A DNA stretch of 64,000 nt from NCBI GenBank assembly GCA_963828165.1, contig CAWHDR010000001.1:512001-576000 (forward strand), read 5' to 3'. A program made the translations under genes and the position numbers. The DNA is from an uncultured Chloroflexia bacterium (lineage in GTDB: Bacteria; Chloroflexota; Limnocylindria; Limnocylindrales; CSP1-4). The stretch's first letter is position 1. The number at the start of each line of letters is the position of its first letter. The notes beneath the pieces are model-generated. The model worked only from the letters and a program-made list of their open reading frames with translations, was not told the origin of the DNA and did not search any database. Shown here piece after piece: positions 37,161-47,430 of this stretch.

Positions 37161-39410
37161 ATGATCGGCGGGCGTCGGCAGCTCAAGGGGCGCAAGTCCG
37201 GCGATCGACGCGTTCGCGTCGAGCGTCCGCACTCCCCCTACTTCCGGTACACGGGCCACGGAGCCCTCGTCGCGCGCGAGGCGGCCTCGCTGCCCCGAAC
37301 GCGCTCGGGTCGGGCGGTCGCGCGGGTTCGTCACGTCGTCTTCGGGCGACCCCTGGCGAACGAGGAGGAGATCGGCGAGCGCCTGCCCAAGAAGAAGGCC
37401 CTCGCGATCTTCAGCTCCGATGCGATCAGTTCGTCCGCATATGCGACCGAGGAGATCCTCCGTGTCCTGCTGGTCGCAGGCGTCGGAGCGCTACTCGTCT
37501 CCGTCCAGGTCGCGATCGCGATCGCGGTCCTCCTCGCGGTCGTGTCGGTGTCGTACCGGCAGGTCTGTCATGCCTATCCCAACGGGGGCGGCGCGTATGT
37601 CGTGGCACGGACGAACCTCCGACCGATCTTTGGGCTGGTCGCTGCGGCCGCCCTGCTCATCGACTACGTCATGACGGTGGCCGTGTCGACGGCCGCCGCG
37701 ATCGCACAGATCCAGTCCGTGATCCCGGCTGCCTACGACGTTCGGATCCAGATCGCGTTCGTATCGATCGCGTTGATCACGGTCGCGAACCTGCGCGGCC
37801 TCCGCGAGTCCGGGAACATCTTCGCGGTGCCGACCTACCTGTTCGTCGGATTGGCACTCGCGATCGTCGGGATCGGCGTCTTTTGGATCGTCACCGGGAC
37901 GGCGAGCCCGGTCCCGCCGCGGCCCGACGCCGTGCCCCTCGGCACCGAGACGCTCGGCGTCCTGCTGCTGCTCAAGGCCTTCGCCGGCGGCTCCGTTGCG
38001 CTGACTGGCGTCGAGGCCATCGCCAACGGGGTGCCCGCGTTCAAGCGACCCGAGTCGAAGAACGCCGCAAACACGATGACGACCATGGCCGTGCTGCTGG
38101 GGATCTTGTTCATCGGACTCACCGTCTTCGCGGTCGCGTTCGGCCTGCGACCGACTGAGGACGGTGGGCCGTCGATCGTCGCGATGGCGGCACAGACGGC
38201 GTTCGGGGACGATTCGCCGCTCTACTACACGTTCGCGGCGAGCACCGCACTGATCCTGTTCCTCGCTGCGAACACGAGCTTCAACGCCTTCCCGCGCCTG
38301 GCCGCGATCCTGTCCGAGGACGGCTACATGCCCCGCCAGTTTTCATTCCGCGGCGACCGCCTGGCGTATTCGTGGGGGATCGTCCTGCTGGCGGGCGTCG
38401 CGTTCCTGTTGCTGTGGGCCTTCGGCGGCGACACCCACGCGCTGATCCCGTTGTATTCCGTCGGCGTGTTCCTGTGCTTCACCCTCAGCCAGACCGGGAT
38501 GGTCCGGCATTGGCTGCGCGTGCGCGAAACGGGCTGGCGCTGGCGCCTCGGCGTCAACGCCGCGGGCGGAGTCCTGACCGGCGTCGTCCTGGGCATCGTC
38601 GTGTTCGAGAAGTTCGCCGATGGCGCCTATCTCGTCGTGATCCTGGTGCCGCTCCTTGTCGGCATGATGCTGTTCATCAGTCGCCAGTACGCCCACTCGT
38701 CCCGCCAGCTCGCCGTGGACCCGGCCCTCGTCGTGTCGCCGCCGCACCGCGAAGAGCGGGTCGTCATCCCCATCTCTGGCCTCGACCGGGCGTCGATCCA
38801 GGCGATCAACGTCGGGCGTTCGATCGACGACGACGTCCGTGCCGTCTACATCTCGACCGATCGCGAGGGCGCGGCCACGGTCCGCGCTGACTTCGAGCGG
38901 CAGGTTCCCGGCGTCCCGCTCGTCGTCGTGGAGTCGCCGTATCGCGCGCTCGCCGGCCCGCTGGTCGCGTACCTCGACGTGCTCGACACGGCATGGCCGC
39001 CGGACAAGCCCGACCCGATCACCTTCGTCGTGATCCCCGAGTACGTGGCGCGCAGCTGGTGGGAGCGGATCCTCTACAACCAATCATCCAAGCGGCTGCG
39101 CAAGAACCTGCTCGGTCGACGCCATACCGTGATCGTCAACGTCCCGTATCGCCGGGAGGATACCAGGCGATACCTCGCCGATCAGTCCGCCGAGCGAACC
39201 TGGAACCGGGTCAGCGCCCGGGTCGTGAGCAGGAACCCACCGATCACGACGATGGCGAGGATCGCCACCGAGACGAGCGGGGCCAGGACATCGACGCCCA
39301 CGTCCTCGCCGGTCAGCGCGGCGGCCACGCCGAGGGTCCCCTGGCGGATGGACATGAAGCGCGTGCCCTCCAGCAGGCCGGCGAGGACCCCCTCCCACAG
39401 CAACGTGTAG
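37161..39410 (+). CDS. APC-family K+ transporter, KimA/YdaO-like (3' end uncertain)
   Basis: FSSDAISSSAYATEE, AYPNGGGAY, DYVMTVAVS, NLRGLRESG, ALTGVEAIANGVPAF, LIPLYSVGVF, ESPYR, VNVPY. Confidence 0.88.
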   Translation: MIGGRRQLKGRKSGDRRVRVERPHSPYFRYTGHGALVAREAASLPRTRSGRAVARVRHVVFGRPLANEEEIGERLPKKKALAIFSSDAISSSAYATEEILRVLLVAGVGALLVSVQVAIAIAVLLAVVSVSYRQVCHAYPNGGGAYVVARTNLRPIFGLVAAAALLIDYVMTVAVSTAAAIAQIQSVIPAAYDVRIQIAFVSIALITVANLRGLRESGNIFAVPTYLFVGLALAIVGIGVFWIVTGTASPVPPRPDAVPLGTETLGVLLLLKAFAGGSVALTGVEAIANGVPAFKRPESKNAANTMTTMAVLLGILFIGLTVFAVAFGLRPTEDGGPSIVAMAAQTAFGDDSPLYYTFAASTALILFLAANTSFNAFPRLAAILSEDGYMPRQFSFRGDRLAYSWGIVLLAGVAFLLLWAFGGDTHALIPLYSVGVFLCFTLSQTGMVRHWLRVRETGWRWRLGVNAAGGVLTGVVLGIVVFEKFADGAYLVVILVPLLVGMMLFISRQYAHSSRQLAVDPALVVSPPHREERVVIPISGLDRASIQAINVGRSIDDDVRAVYISTDREGAATVRADFERQVPGVPLVVVESPYRALAGPLVAYLDVLDTAWPPDKPDPITFVVIPEYVARSWWERILYNQSSKRLRKNLLGRRHTVIVNVPYRREDTRRYLADQSAERTWNRVSARVVSRNPPITTMARIATETSGARTSTPTSSPVSAAATPRVPWRMDMKRVPSSRPARTPSHSNV

Positions 39411-39907
39411 GCCAAGCCGACCACGAGCGCTCGGCTCGTCACGACACCGAGGGCCGAGAACGCGACCGCATAGGCCGTGCCACCTGCCACGGCAGCCACC
39501 GCGAACCCGACGGCGGTCGACACCGAATCGCCGTCGAAGCCCTCGACCAGGAGCGCCGTCACGACGATCGGGGGCACCGTGAGCGCCGCCGTCAACCCGG
39601 CCGCGACGGCGAGCTTGGCCAGCGCGGTACGCCAGCGGGCGATGGGCTTCGCGAGCAGGAAGACGACCGTGCCGTCCTCGATCTCGGAGCCGATGGTCGC
39701 CGTGCCGAAGACCAGCGCGATGAGCGGTAGGACCGTCCGGATCACGAGGGTGTCGAGGATCTCCGGCGCATCGTTGCGTCCGCCACCGAGGCGGATGAGC
39801 AGACCGACCAGGACTGGCAGGGCCGCCAGCAGCACCATCAGCAGCGTCCGACGCCGGCCGAGCAGGGCGCGCAGCGTCACGTCGACGAGTGCCCCGAATG
39901 CGGTCAT
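39182..39907 (-). CDS. ABC-2 type permease
   Basis: 6 TM; EIEDGTVVFLLAKPIARW. Confidence 0.88.
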   Translation of the reverse strand: MTAFGALVDVTLRALLGRRRTLLMVLLAALPVLVGLLIRLGGGRNDAPEILDTLVIRTVLPLIALVFGTATIGSEIEDGTVVFLLAKPIARWRTALAKLAVAAGLTAALTVPPIVVTALLVEGFDGDSVSTAVGFAVAAVAGGTAYAVAFSALGVVTSRALVVGLAYTLLWEGVLAGLLEGTRFMSIRQGTLGVAAALTGEDVGVDVLAPLVSVAILAIVVIGGFLLTTRALTRFQVRSAD

Positions 39908-40887
39908 CGGCCCCCTCGCACGAGGTAGCCGAACACGCTCTCGAGCGAATCGTCGGTCGGGGTGACTTCGTGCAGCCGGATACCGGCCGTGCGCGCGGTC
40001 GGGGCCACGATCCGGGTGAAGGCCCCGTAGTCGGAGGTCCGGACCGCGAGGAGGCCGTCGACGAGCTCGGCACCGAACACCGCGGGCTGGCGCAGCAGCG
40101 CGGCGGCCAGCGTCCGGTCGTCGGACGAGCGGATCGTGAATCGGTGCGGGCGATCGGTCATGAGCCGCCGGATCGAGCGGAAGTCGCCGGACGCCGCGAG
40201 CCGACCCGCGTAGACGACGAGGACCGCGTCAGCCAGGCGCTCGACTTCCTCGAGGATGTGCGACGAGAACAGGATCACGCGCCCAGCGGCGGCCATGTCG
40301 CGCAGCAAGGCCATCATGTGCAGGCGCTGGCGCGGGTCCATGCCGTTGAACGGCTCGTCGAGCAGGAGGATGCGCGGCTCATGGACGAGCGCGGCCGCGA
40401 GCTTGGCCCGCTGGCGCATGCCCTTCGAATACGTGCGCAGCTGGCGGTCCGCCGCTTCGGTGAGGTCGACCGTGGCGATCGCCCGTTCCGTGGCGGCCTC
40501 GGCGTCCGGCATGCCCTGCAGGTCGGCGTTGAGCCGGACGAATCCGCGACCGGTCAGGTAGCCCGGCACCGCCTCGCGCTCGGGCACGAGGCCCATCTCG
40601 CGGTACACGGACGGGTCTCCGAAGGCGGGCCGGCCGTCGATCCGGGCCGCGCCGGCGGATGGCGCCAGCAGCCCCGACAGGAGGTGCAGCAGCGTCGATT
40701 TGCCGGCGCCGTTCGGCCCGAGCAGCCCGGTGACGCCCGGACCGAGCGCGAACGAGATGTCATTGACGGCCACGACGTTGCCGTACCAGCGCGAGACGTG
40801 ATCGAGCTCGATGGCGGGCGCGGGCATGGGTGCGGGCGTCGGCGCGAGCGTGGGAGCCAGCGCCGGGGCGGGCGTCGGCTCGCTCAC
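39904..40887 (-). CDS. ABC transporter ATP-binding protein
   Basis: GPNGAGKST, YSKGMRQR, LLLDEP, SSH; GTGA overlap with the upstream permease. Confidence 0.92.
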   Translation of the reverse strand: MSEPTPAPALAPTLAPTPAPMPAPAIELDHVSRWYGNVVAVNDISFALGPGVTGLLGPNGAGKSTLLHLLSGLLAPSAGAARIDGRPAFGDPSVYREMGLVPEREAVPGYLTGRGFVRLNADLQGMPDAEAATERAIATVDLTEAADRQLRTYSKGMRQRAKLAAALVHEPRILLLDEPFNGMDPRQRLHMMALLRDMAAAGRVILFSSHILEEVERLADAVLVVYAGRLAASGDFRSIRRLMTDRPHRFTIRSSDDRTLAAALLRQPAVFGAELVDGLLAVRTSDYGAFTRIVAPTARTAGIRLHEVTPTDDSLESVFGYLVRGGR

Positions 40888-41795
40888 GCCGTGATCCCGA
40901 GATAGCGGCGCAGGACGAGGGCGACGCACGCGAGCGTCTCGACGGCCGCCGCCACGATGTAGGCCCAGCCGGGGAGGTTCGCGGCGACGACGGTCGGGTT
41001 GGGGGAGATCGCGCCGAACACCGCGGCGTTCACCCCGTCGATGATGTCGCTCGGGCTGGCCAGCACGAGGAGGCGAGCGGCATCGCCCGCGGCGAGCTCG
41101 GCCATCAGCGCGACCACGATCGGCGGGATGATGAACACCGCGATGATCGCGGCCGTGGCGTATGCCCGTCGCGGCGTCCAGGCCGCGATGACCGTCGCGA
41201 CCCCGCCCAGGAGAGCCGAAGCGAGCAGGGAGACCGCGAGGTACCGCGGCACGTCGGGAAGCTCCTCGCGCAGCCCGGTCAACGGGTCCGGGGCGGCCAG
41301 GATCGCGCCGATCGACAGGATGACCTGCGGCACGATCGAGATCACGAAGATGGCGAGGAACAGGCCGCCGGCCCGGGCCAGCGTGTAGTCGACGCGCGTC
41401 AGGACCCGCGAGAAATACAGCGGCAGCACGCCGTGGCGCTGGTCGCGCCCGAACAGCTCCGGGGCCTGGGCGGCGCAGAACAGCATGACCAGCGTCGAGG
41501 TCAGGTTCTGATAGGTGTCGTGGCGGATCGGCGAAACCTCCCCGAGCTCGGCCCCGGCGCCGGCCTGCGCGGCGAGGGCCGTGATCCCGACGGCGAGGAC
41601 CGCGGGCAGCACGGACAGCCCGAGCATCAGGAACGGCATGATCTTCGCCCGACCGCCGCGTCCGATCCCGTAGGCAGCCCTGAGCGTCTGGGACAGCAGT
41701 CCGAGCGCCACCGCCGGTCGGCCGAGGCGCGGCCCGTCGTAGCCCTGGTAGCCGAGGTCGTAGATGCTGCTCGACGGGCCCCCCACCCCGGTCAC
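40884..41795 (-). CDS. ABC-2 type permease
   Basis: IYDLGYQGYDGPRLG, RDQRHGVLPLYFSR, 6 TM. Confidence 0.88.
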   Translation of the reverse strand: MTGVGGPSSSIYDLGYQGYDGPRLGRPAVALGLLSQTLRAAYGIGRGGRAKIMPFLMLGLSVLPAVLAVGITALAAQAGAGAELGEVSPIRHDTYQNLTSTLVMLFCAAQAPELFGRDQRHGVLPLYFSRVLTRVDYTLARAGGLFLAIFVISIVPQVILSIGAILAAPDPLTGLREELPDVPRYLAVSLLASALLGGVATVIAAWTPRRAYATAAIIAVFIIPPIVVALMAELAAGDAARLLVLASPSDIIDGVNAAVFGAISPNPTVVAANLPGWAYIVAAAVETLACVALVLRRYLGITA

Positions 41796-42685
41796 CGGAA
41801 CAGCTCCTCGAGGCCACGTCGACGCTGTTCGATCCGGACGAGGGGCAGATCGAGGTCCGCGACCGTGTCTCGGACGAGATCCCAGGGTCGCTCGTCCTCG
41901 AGCTCGACGAGCACGGTCCGGCCATCGACGGTCGCCTTGACCCCGGCGGCGGCGAGCGCGGCGGCGAGCCCAGCGGCGCCCTCCTCGACTTCGACCGCCA
42001 GCGTGCCGGTGCGCTCGGTGAACTCGTGGAGCGGCGCAGCGTGGATGAGCTTTCCGGCGTCGATCGCGACGAGGAAATCGCAGACCCGTTCGATCTCGCC
42101 GAGCAAATGGCTCGCAACGATCACCGCGATCCCGAATTCGGTGCCGGTCCGCCGCACGAGCGCGAGCATCTCGTCGCGGCCGGCTGGGTCCAGGCCGTTC
42201 GTGGGCTCGTCGAGCAGCAGGAGCCGCGGATCGTGCACGAGGGCCTGCGCCAGCTTGACGCGCTGCTTCATCCCGGTCGAGTAGCCGCCGATCGGTCGGT
42301 AGCGTTCCTCGTACAGGCCGACGTGCCGGAGAACCTCGGCGGCGCGCTCGCGGGCCCCCGCGGCGGGTAGGCCGGAGAGCCGTGCCATCTGGCCGACGAA
42401 GTCGGTCGCGGTGGTATCGGGCGGCAGGCAGTCGGACTCCGGCATGTAGCCCACGAACCGCCGGAGCGTCGTGCCGGCGGTGCGCACGTCGTGGCCGAGA
42501 ACGGTCGCCTCACCCGACGTCGGTGGGAGCAATCCCAGGAGGATGCGCAGCAACGTGCTCTTGCCCGCGCCGTTCGCGCCCACGAGGCCGATGATCCCTG
42601 GCTCGAGGGACAGATCCAGGCTCTCCAGCGCGACGACGCCGCCCGGGTAGCGCTTGGTGAGGGCCGTGGTGACGACGAGCGGCAT
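41792..42685 (-). CDS. ABC transporter ATP-binding protein
   Basis: ATG 42685; GANGAGKST, YSTGMKQR, LLLDEP, ASH. Confidence 0.93.
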   Translation of the reverse strand: MPLVVTTALTKRYPGGVVALESLDLSLEPGIIGLVGANGAGKSTLLRILLGLLPPTSGEATVLGHDVRTAGTTLRRFVGYMPESDCLPPDTTATDFVGQMARLSGLPAAGARERAAEVLRHVGLYEERYRPIGGYSTGMKQRVKLAQALVHDPRLLLLDEPTNGLDPAGRDEMLALVRRTGTEFGIAVIVASHLLGEIERVCDFLVAIDAGKLIHAAPLHEFTERTGTLAVEVEEGAAGLAAALAAAGVKATVDGRTVLVELEDERPWDLVRDTVADLDLPLVRIEQRRRGLEELFR

Positions 42686-42747
42686 GGCTGCGAAGCCTAC
42701 CGGACCCGGCCGTCCGGGCGGGACCGCCCGGCTGACCGAGCGGAACG

Positions 42748-44787
42748 TCAGGCGGCGACGACCTGGTTGCGTCCGCCGCGCTTCGCCATCTGGAGTCCGA
42801 CGTCGGCAACCTCGACGAGCGTCTCGAGCGAGGACACGTTCGGACCCAGCGAGGCGCATCCGGCGGATACCGTGGCGTGCAGCCGCTCGCCTTCGACGCC
42901 CTGGAACGCGACGCCCTCGAGCTCCCGGCGGATCTCGTCGGCGACGTGCTGTGCTTCGTCCAGGCTCGCTCCGTCCAGGACGGCCAGGAATTCCTCGCCG
43001 CCAAACCGAGCGACCAGATCGCTCGAGCGCAGCCGGCGCGTCAGGATCGATCCGAACGCCCGGAGGACCGCGTCGCCCTTGATGTGCCCGTGGAGCTTGT
43101 TGAACAGACCGAAATGATCGAGGTCGAACATGATCACGGCGACCGGGTGGCGGAGATCTGGGTCCAACCGCGCTCGCGCCGCGAACATCCGGGCAAGCGA
43201 CACGTCGAGATGTCGCCGGTTCCACAGTCCGGTGAGAGGGTCACGGATGGCCGCATCGGCCATCTGTGCATGGAGTTCGACATTGTTGAGCGCAAGCGCG
43301 ATGTGCGATGCCAGGAGCGACATCGATTCGACCTCGACCGCGGTGAACCCGCGAGTCAGATCGAGTCGGTTGACCGTGACCGCTCCGATCACCACGTCGC
43401 CCCGAAGCAAGGGGAAGGACGCCGTGACCAGCTGGTCCGGAACCCGGGCACCACGCAGCGTCTCCGGGAACTCGTCGCGGTGGATCAGGTCCTGGGACAC
43501 GACGGTGGCCCCGGCGAGCGCTCGACCCGCGCTGCCCTCACCAGGTTGGATGCTCACCCCGACGTAGCGCTCGTCGCCACCGCGGATGGCGACGATCCGG
43601 TCCTCCCCGGTGCTCGGATCGCGCAGGATCAGGGTGGTGATGTCGACTTCCAGCACGTCGGCCACGGAGCCGATGATCGATTCATACGCGGTCACGGGTT
43701 CCAGGCTGGCGTTGATGGCGCTCCCAAAGCGGGCCAGGCGCCCGAACAGCGCAGCCCGTTCCTGGAGCGCCTGCCGCTCGCGCCCGAGCGCGAGGGCGAC
43801 CGCCACGCGATCGCCCACGACCGTCATCGTGTCGAGGTCGCCATCGTCGAGCGGGGCATCGGCGCCGCTCTCGATATTGAGCACGCCGAGCATCATTCCG
43901 TCGACCGCGAGCGGGATGCTGACCTCGCTCCGGACGTCCTTGTTTGCGACCGCATAGTCGGGATCCAGCGAGACATCGAGGACCAGCTCGGGTTTGCCGG
44001 TCCGCATGACCCGGCCCACGACGCCGATGGAGCCATCAAAGCTCTCGATCACCTCGTCGTACCCGCGCTGCGCGCCGAGGCGCATGAGCGGTCCGTCCAC
44101 GGTGTAGATCGAGGCGAAGCGGTAGCCGAAGTGCGCGACCAGAAGGTCCATGACGTTTTCGAGGGCGGCCTGCGTCGGGCCCCTCGCCGTCAGCGCCCGA
44201 CCGACAGCCTCGACGGCGGCCATCTGGGCGGCGCGCCGACGCTGGCCGGCCGATGCGGCGCGGGCCTGGGCGACCGCTCGTTCGAGTGAGGCGATGGTCC
44301 GTCGCGTCCCGATGGTCAGCACGATCATCGTCACCGCGAGGGCGACGCCGCGATGGAGCACGCCGGGGAGGATCGCTGACGCCGTTGCCGCCGCGAAGAT
44401 GAATGCGGACATGGTCGCGCCGCCCAGGACGATGGCCTGGCGGGCGCCGAAGACCGCCGCCAGCGCGACGATCAGGAGGTACAGGCACGAGAGCGGCATG
44501 GCGGCGAGGTCGTCGCTCCGAAGGCTCATCCAGAAGACGACCCCGAGTGCGATGAGCAACCGGGCGGTATCGAGCAGCGCCGATCGTCCGACCGGTCCGC
44601 GGAGGGCGAACGCCATCTGGACCGTGATGTAGATCACGGAGGGCACGACCAGTCCCATGGCATCGGCTCCGGCCACCATCTCGATGACGAGGGCCGCAAA
44701 GACGATCGCCACCGCCAGGACGACATGTGGATCCGCCGCGACGCGGGTCCACGCATGGCGCCACCTGCTCTGGCTCGAGACATCCAT
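42748..44787 (-). CDS. membrane diguanylate cyclase (TM-GAF-GAF-GGDEF)
   Basis: DPLTGLWNRR, DLDHF, GDAVL, ARFGGEEF, AKRGGRNQV. Confidence 0.93.
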   Translation of the reverse strand: MDVSSQSRWRHAWTRVAADPHVVLAVAIVFAALVIEMVAGADAMGLVVPSVIYITVQMAFALRGPVGRSALLDTARLLIALGVVFWMSLRSDDLAAMPLSCLYLLIVALAAVFGARQAIVLGGATMSAFIFAAATASAILPGVLHRGVALAVTMIVLTIGTRRTIASLERAVAQARAASAGQRRRAAQMAAVEAVGRALTARGPTQAALENVMDLLVAHFGYRFASIYTVDGPLMRLGAQRGYDEVIESFDGSIGVVGRVMRTGKPELVLDVSLDPDYAVANKDVRSEVSIPLAVDGMMLGVLNIESGADAPLDDGDLDTMTVVGDRVAVALALGRERQALQERAALFGRLARFGSAINASLEPVTAYESIIGSVADVLEVDITTLILRDPSTGEDRIVAIRGGDERYVGVSIQPGEGSAGRALAGATVVSQDLIHRDEFPETLRGARVPDQLVTASFPLLRGDVVIGAVTVNRLDLTRGFTAVEVESMSLLASHIALALNNVELHAQMADAAIRDPLTGLWNRRHLDVSLARMFAARARLDPDLRHPVAVIMFDLDHFGLFNKLHGHIKGDAVLRAFGSILTRRLRSSDLVARFGGEEFLAVLDGASLDEAQHVADEIRRELEGVAFQGVEGERLHATVSAGCASLGPNVSSLETLVEVADVGLQMAKRGGRNQVVAA

Positions 44788-44882
44788 GAGCCGACTCTGG
44801 CGGCTGCGATCGGCCGCGTCGACTACACGATTGGGGTATCCGAACCACCCATCTGGCGGTCGTCGTGCTCAGCGATGCCCGC

Positions 44883-46712
44883 TCAGCGCCAGCGGATCGT
44901 GCCTGCCGCGTCGTCCGCCGTCGCGAGGATGTCGTCGAGCTCGAGGCCCTCGCGCGGCTCGATGGCCATCAGGATCGTGGCTCCCGGCAGGTCCATGACG
45001 ACCACCCGGGTGGTCCGATCGGGCTCGAGGAAATACGTCGTCCCCGCGGTGGCGAAGAGCTGGATCCTCGCCGAATCGATGGGGGTCAGGTCGCTCGAGA
45101 GGCCACGTCGGCCGTCGATGCGGACCTTCGCCGGACGCGTGGCACTCACGCCGTCGGTGGCGATGAACGCTTCGATGAGGGTGCGGGCGCGCTCCTGCGG
45201 CTCGTCGCGCTCGCCGTTGGGGTACACCTCCATCACCCTGCCGGCGAAGGTGAAGACGCCCTCCTCCCGACTGAGCGCGACGGTGTCGGCGGTGTGCGCG
45301 GCATTCGACCAGCCCTCGCCGAGCTCGATGTCGAAGGCCGGAGCGAAGCGCGACGGGGCGTATCGACCGGCCCCGAGCCCGCACGGGATGTCGAAGAAGA
45401 TGTCGCACAGGTCGGCGACGTCGCCCGGGGGAATTGCAGGCGGATCCTCGGTCGGGGCGCGAGATGGGCGCGGCGTCGGATCGGGTGTCGGGTCGGGTGT
45501 CGGCTCGGGGGTGACCTGGGTTTCCGCCGTGGGCTCGGTCAGGGCAGTGTCGGTCGCGGCCGGCCGGTCGGTCGGGAGCGGGGTCGCACCGTCGCCCGGC
45601 CTGGCCGCCACGAGCAGCCCCGCGGTGACGACGCCGAGGATGCCGATCGCGACCAGGACCGCGTTCGGCCCCCCGCCGCGGAACGCTCGTGGCATCGGGA
45701 GCGATGGTCGACGCTGCGGAGCGCGGGGCCCGAGCGGCGCCGATCGCGGGCGGGCATGGCGGGCGGGCGGGGGTGCAACCGAGGGCGGAGGGCCTCCCAC
45801 CGCCGGCGTGGCGCGGTACAGCTCGGGGATCGAGACGACGCTCGTGGGGATCGCCGCGTCGGAGGCGCTGAGGATGGCCTCGAGCGCGGCGGCCATCGCC
45901 GTCCCGTTCGGGTAGCGGTCACCGGGCTCCGGCGCGAGCGCGCGTCGTACGACCGCGTCGAGTGCTGCAGGTACCTCCGGGCGAACGGCCATGGGCGATG
46001 GAGCCGGCGCGCCGACGCGGGCGAGCGCGATCGCGTCGGTCGTGTCCCCGGTCCACGCACGGGTCCCGGTGAGGGCCTCGAACAGGACCAGGCCCAGGCC
46101 GTAGATGTCGGAGGCGGGGGTGGTGGTCCGCCCGCGCGCCTGCTCCGGGCTGAAGTAATGGACCGAGCCCAGCGTCGTGCCGGGCAGCGCGGCCTCGGCG
46201 TCGGCCGCCAGACGCGCGATGCCGAAGTCGGTGACCATGGCCCGCCCGTCGGCCGCCAGCAGGATGTTGCCGGGCTTGATGTCCCGATGGACGATGCCGC
46301 GCACGTGGGCCACGCCGAGGGCACGAGCGACGTCGAGCCCGATGCGCGCCGCCCCCCGCGGTGCCAGCCGGCCACCGCGTCGGAGCCGGACGGCCAGGTC
46401 CTCGCCTTCGACGAGGGCCATGACGAGGTACGCCTGGTCCCCGTCGGTGCCGGTATCGAGGCAGGCGACGATATTCGGGTGGCGCAAGACCGTGGCGGCA
46501 AGTGCCTCGCGTCGGAACCGGTGGGCAAGATCGGGGTCGGTCGCGACCTCGGGACGCAGGATCTTGACCGCGACCTGGCGCTCGATGCGGAGATCGGTGG
46601 CCCGGTAGATCGTGGCCATCCCGCCGCGACCGATGACCGGCCCGAGCCGATAGCGACCACCAAGCAGGTGCTCGGCGGCGTCCTTGGCGGCGCGGTCCCG
46701 CGCATCGGTCAC
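44883..46712 (-). CDS. Hanks-type Ser/Thr protein kinase with TM and extracellular domain
   Basis: GRGGMATIY, VAVKIL, HRDIKPGN, DFG, SPEQ; PTP linker. Confidence 0.94.
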   Translation of the reverse strand: MTDARDRAAKDAAEHLLGGRYRLGPVIGRGGMATIYRATDLRIERQVAVKILRPEVATDPDLAHRFRREALAATVLRHPNIVACLDTGTDGDQAYLVMALVEGEDLAVRLRRGGRLAPRGAARIGLDVARALGVAHVRGIVHRDIKPGNILLAADGRAMVTDFGIARLAADAEAALPGTTLGSVHYFSPEQARGRTTTPASDIYGLGLVLFEALTGTRAWTGDTTDAIALARVGAPAPSPMAVRPEVPAALDAVVRRALAPEPGDRYPNGTAMAAALEAILSASDAAIPTSVVSIPELYRATPAVGGPPPSVAPPPARHARPRSAPLGPRAPQRRPSLPMPRAFRGGGPNAVLVAIGILGVVTAGLLVAARPGDGATPLPTDRPAATDTALTEPTAETQVTPEPTPDPTPDPTPRPSRAPTEDPPAIPPGDVADLCDIFFDIPCGLGAGRYAPSRFAPAFDIELGEGWSNAAHTADTVALSREEGVFTFAGRVMEVYPNGERDEPQERARTLIEAFIATDGVSATRPAKVRIDGRRGLSSDLTPIDSARIQLFATAGTTYFLEPDRTTRVVVMDLPGATILMAIEPREGLELDDILATADDAAGTIRWR

Positions 46713-46785
46713 GCGCGGACGATAGCCCAGGTGCGGCGAATGCCCCGTCCGGCGTACCCGGGCCGCTTCAGGCTACGCTGGCGGC

Positions 46786-47430
46786 ATGAGCGAGACTGAA
46801 CGGGCGACGCGCGAGCTCCTCGTCGAATTGCTCGGCGTGTTCTATGCCAAGAACTGGGTGTCCGGCACGGGCGGCGGCATCTGTGGCCCGGCGGACGGGG
46901 GCGGCCTTCTGCTGGCCCCGACTGGCGTGCACAAGGAGCGGATCCGGACCGACGAGTTCTTCACGATCGACCCGACCGACGAGCGGATCCTCCTGCAGCC
47001 GGACGACCCGAGTCTCCGACCGAGCGAGTGCAAGGCCATCTTCGCGCTCACTGCCCGCGAACGCGGTGCCCGAAGCGTCGTGCACTCGCATGCGCTTTCG
47101 GCCGTGCTCGCAGGCGACGTCGCGGGTGACGCGGATCACGTTGCGATCCGCGACCTCGAGATGCTCAAGGGCATCCGCGGGCTGGGCAACCGCGATACCC
47201 ACCTGCTGCCCGTGATCCGCAACACGCCACGCGAATCGGAGCTCACCGACCAGCTCGCCGGCGTGCTCGGCGATCCGCGCTTCGCCGACAGCTTCGCCGT
47301 GGTCGTGGCCGACCATGGCGCGTACATCTGGGGCGACGACGTGTGGGAAGCCAAGCGCCACACCGAGGTCTATCACTTCCTGTTCGAAGCGGTGGTCGCT
47401 CGACGCGGCCGCCAGAAGGAGCGCACGTAG
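46786..47430 (+). CDS. mtnB: methylthioribulose-1-phosphate dehydratase (class II aldolase family)
   Basis: WVSGTGGGI, APTGVHKE, PSEC, HSH, EMLKGI, IRNTPRE, HGAYIWG. Confidence 0.85.
   Translation: MSETERATRELLVELLGVFYAKNWVSGTGGGICGPADGGGLLLAPTGVHKERIRTDEFFTIDPTDERILLQPDDPSLRPSECKAIFALTARERGARSVVHSHALSAVLAGDVAGDADHVAIRDLEMLKGIRGLGNRDTHLLPVIRNTPRESELTDQLAGVLGDPRFADSFAVVVADHGAYIWGDDVWEAKRHTEVYHFLFEAVVARRGRQKERT

Noticed and set aside
45465-45530. 12-bp repeats (PTPD/PTPE) in the kinase and PAPT repeats at 40815-40880
   Set aside because: Ordinary Pro/Thr linkers.
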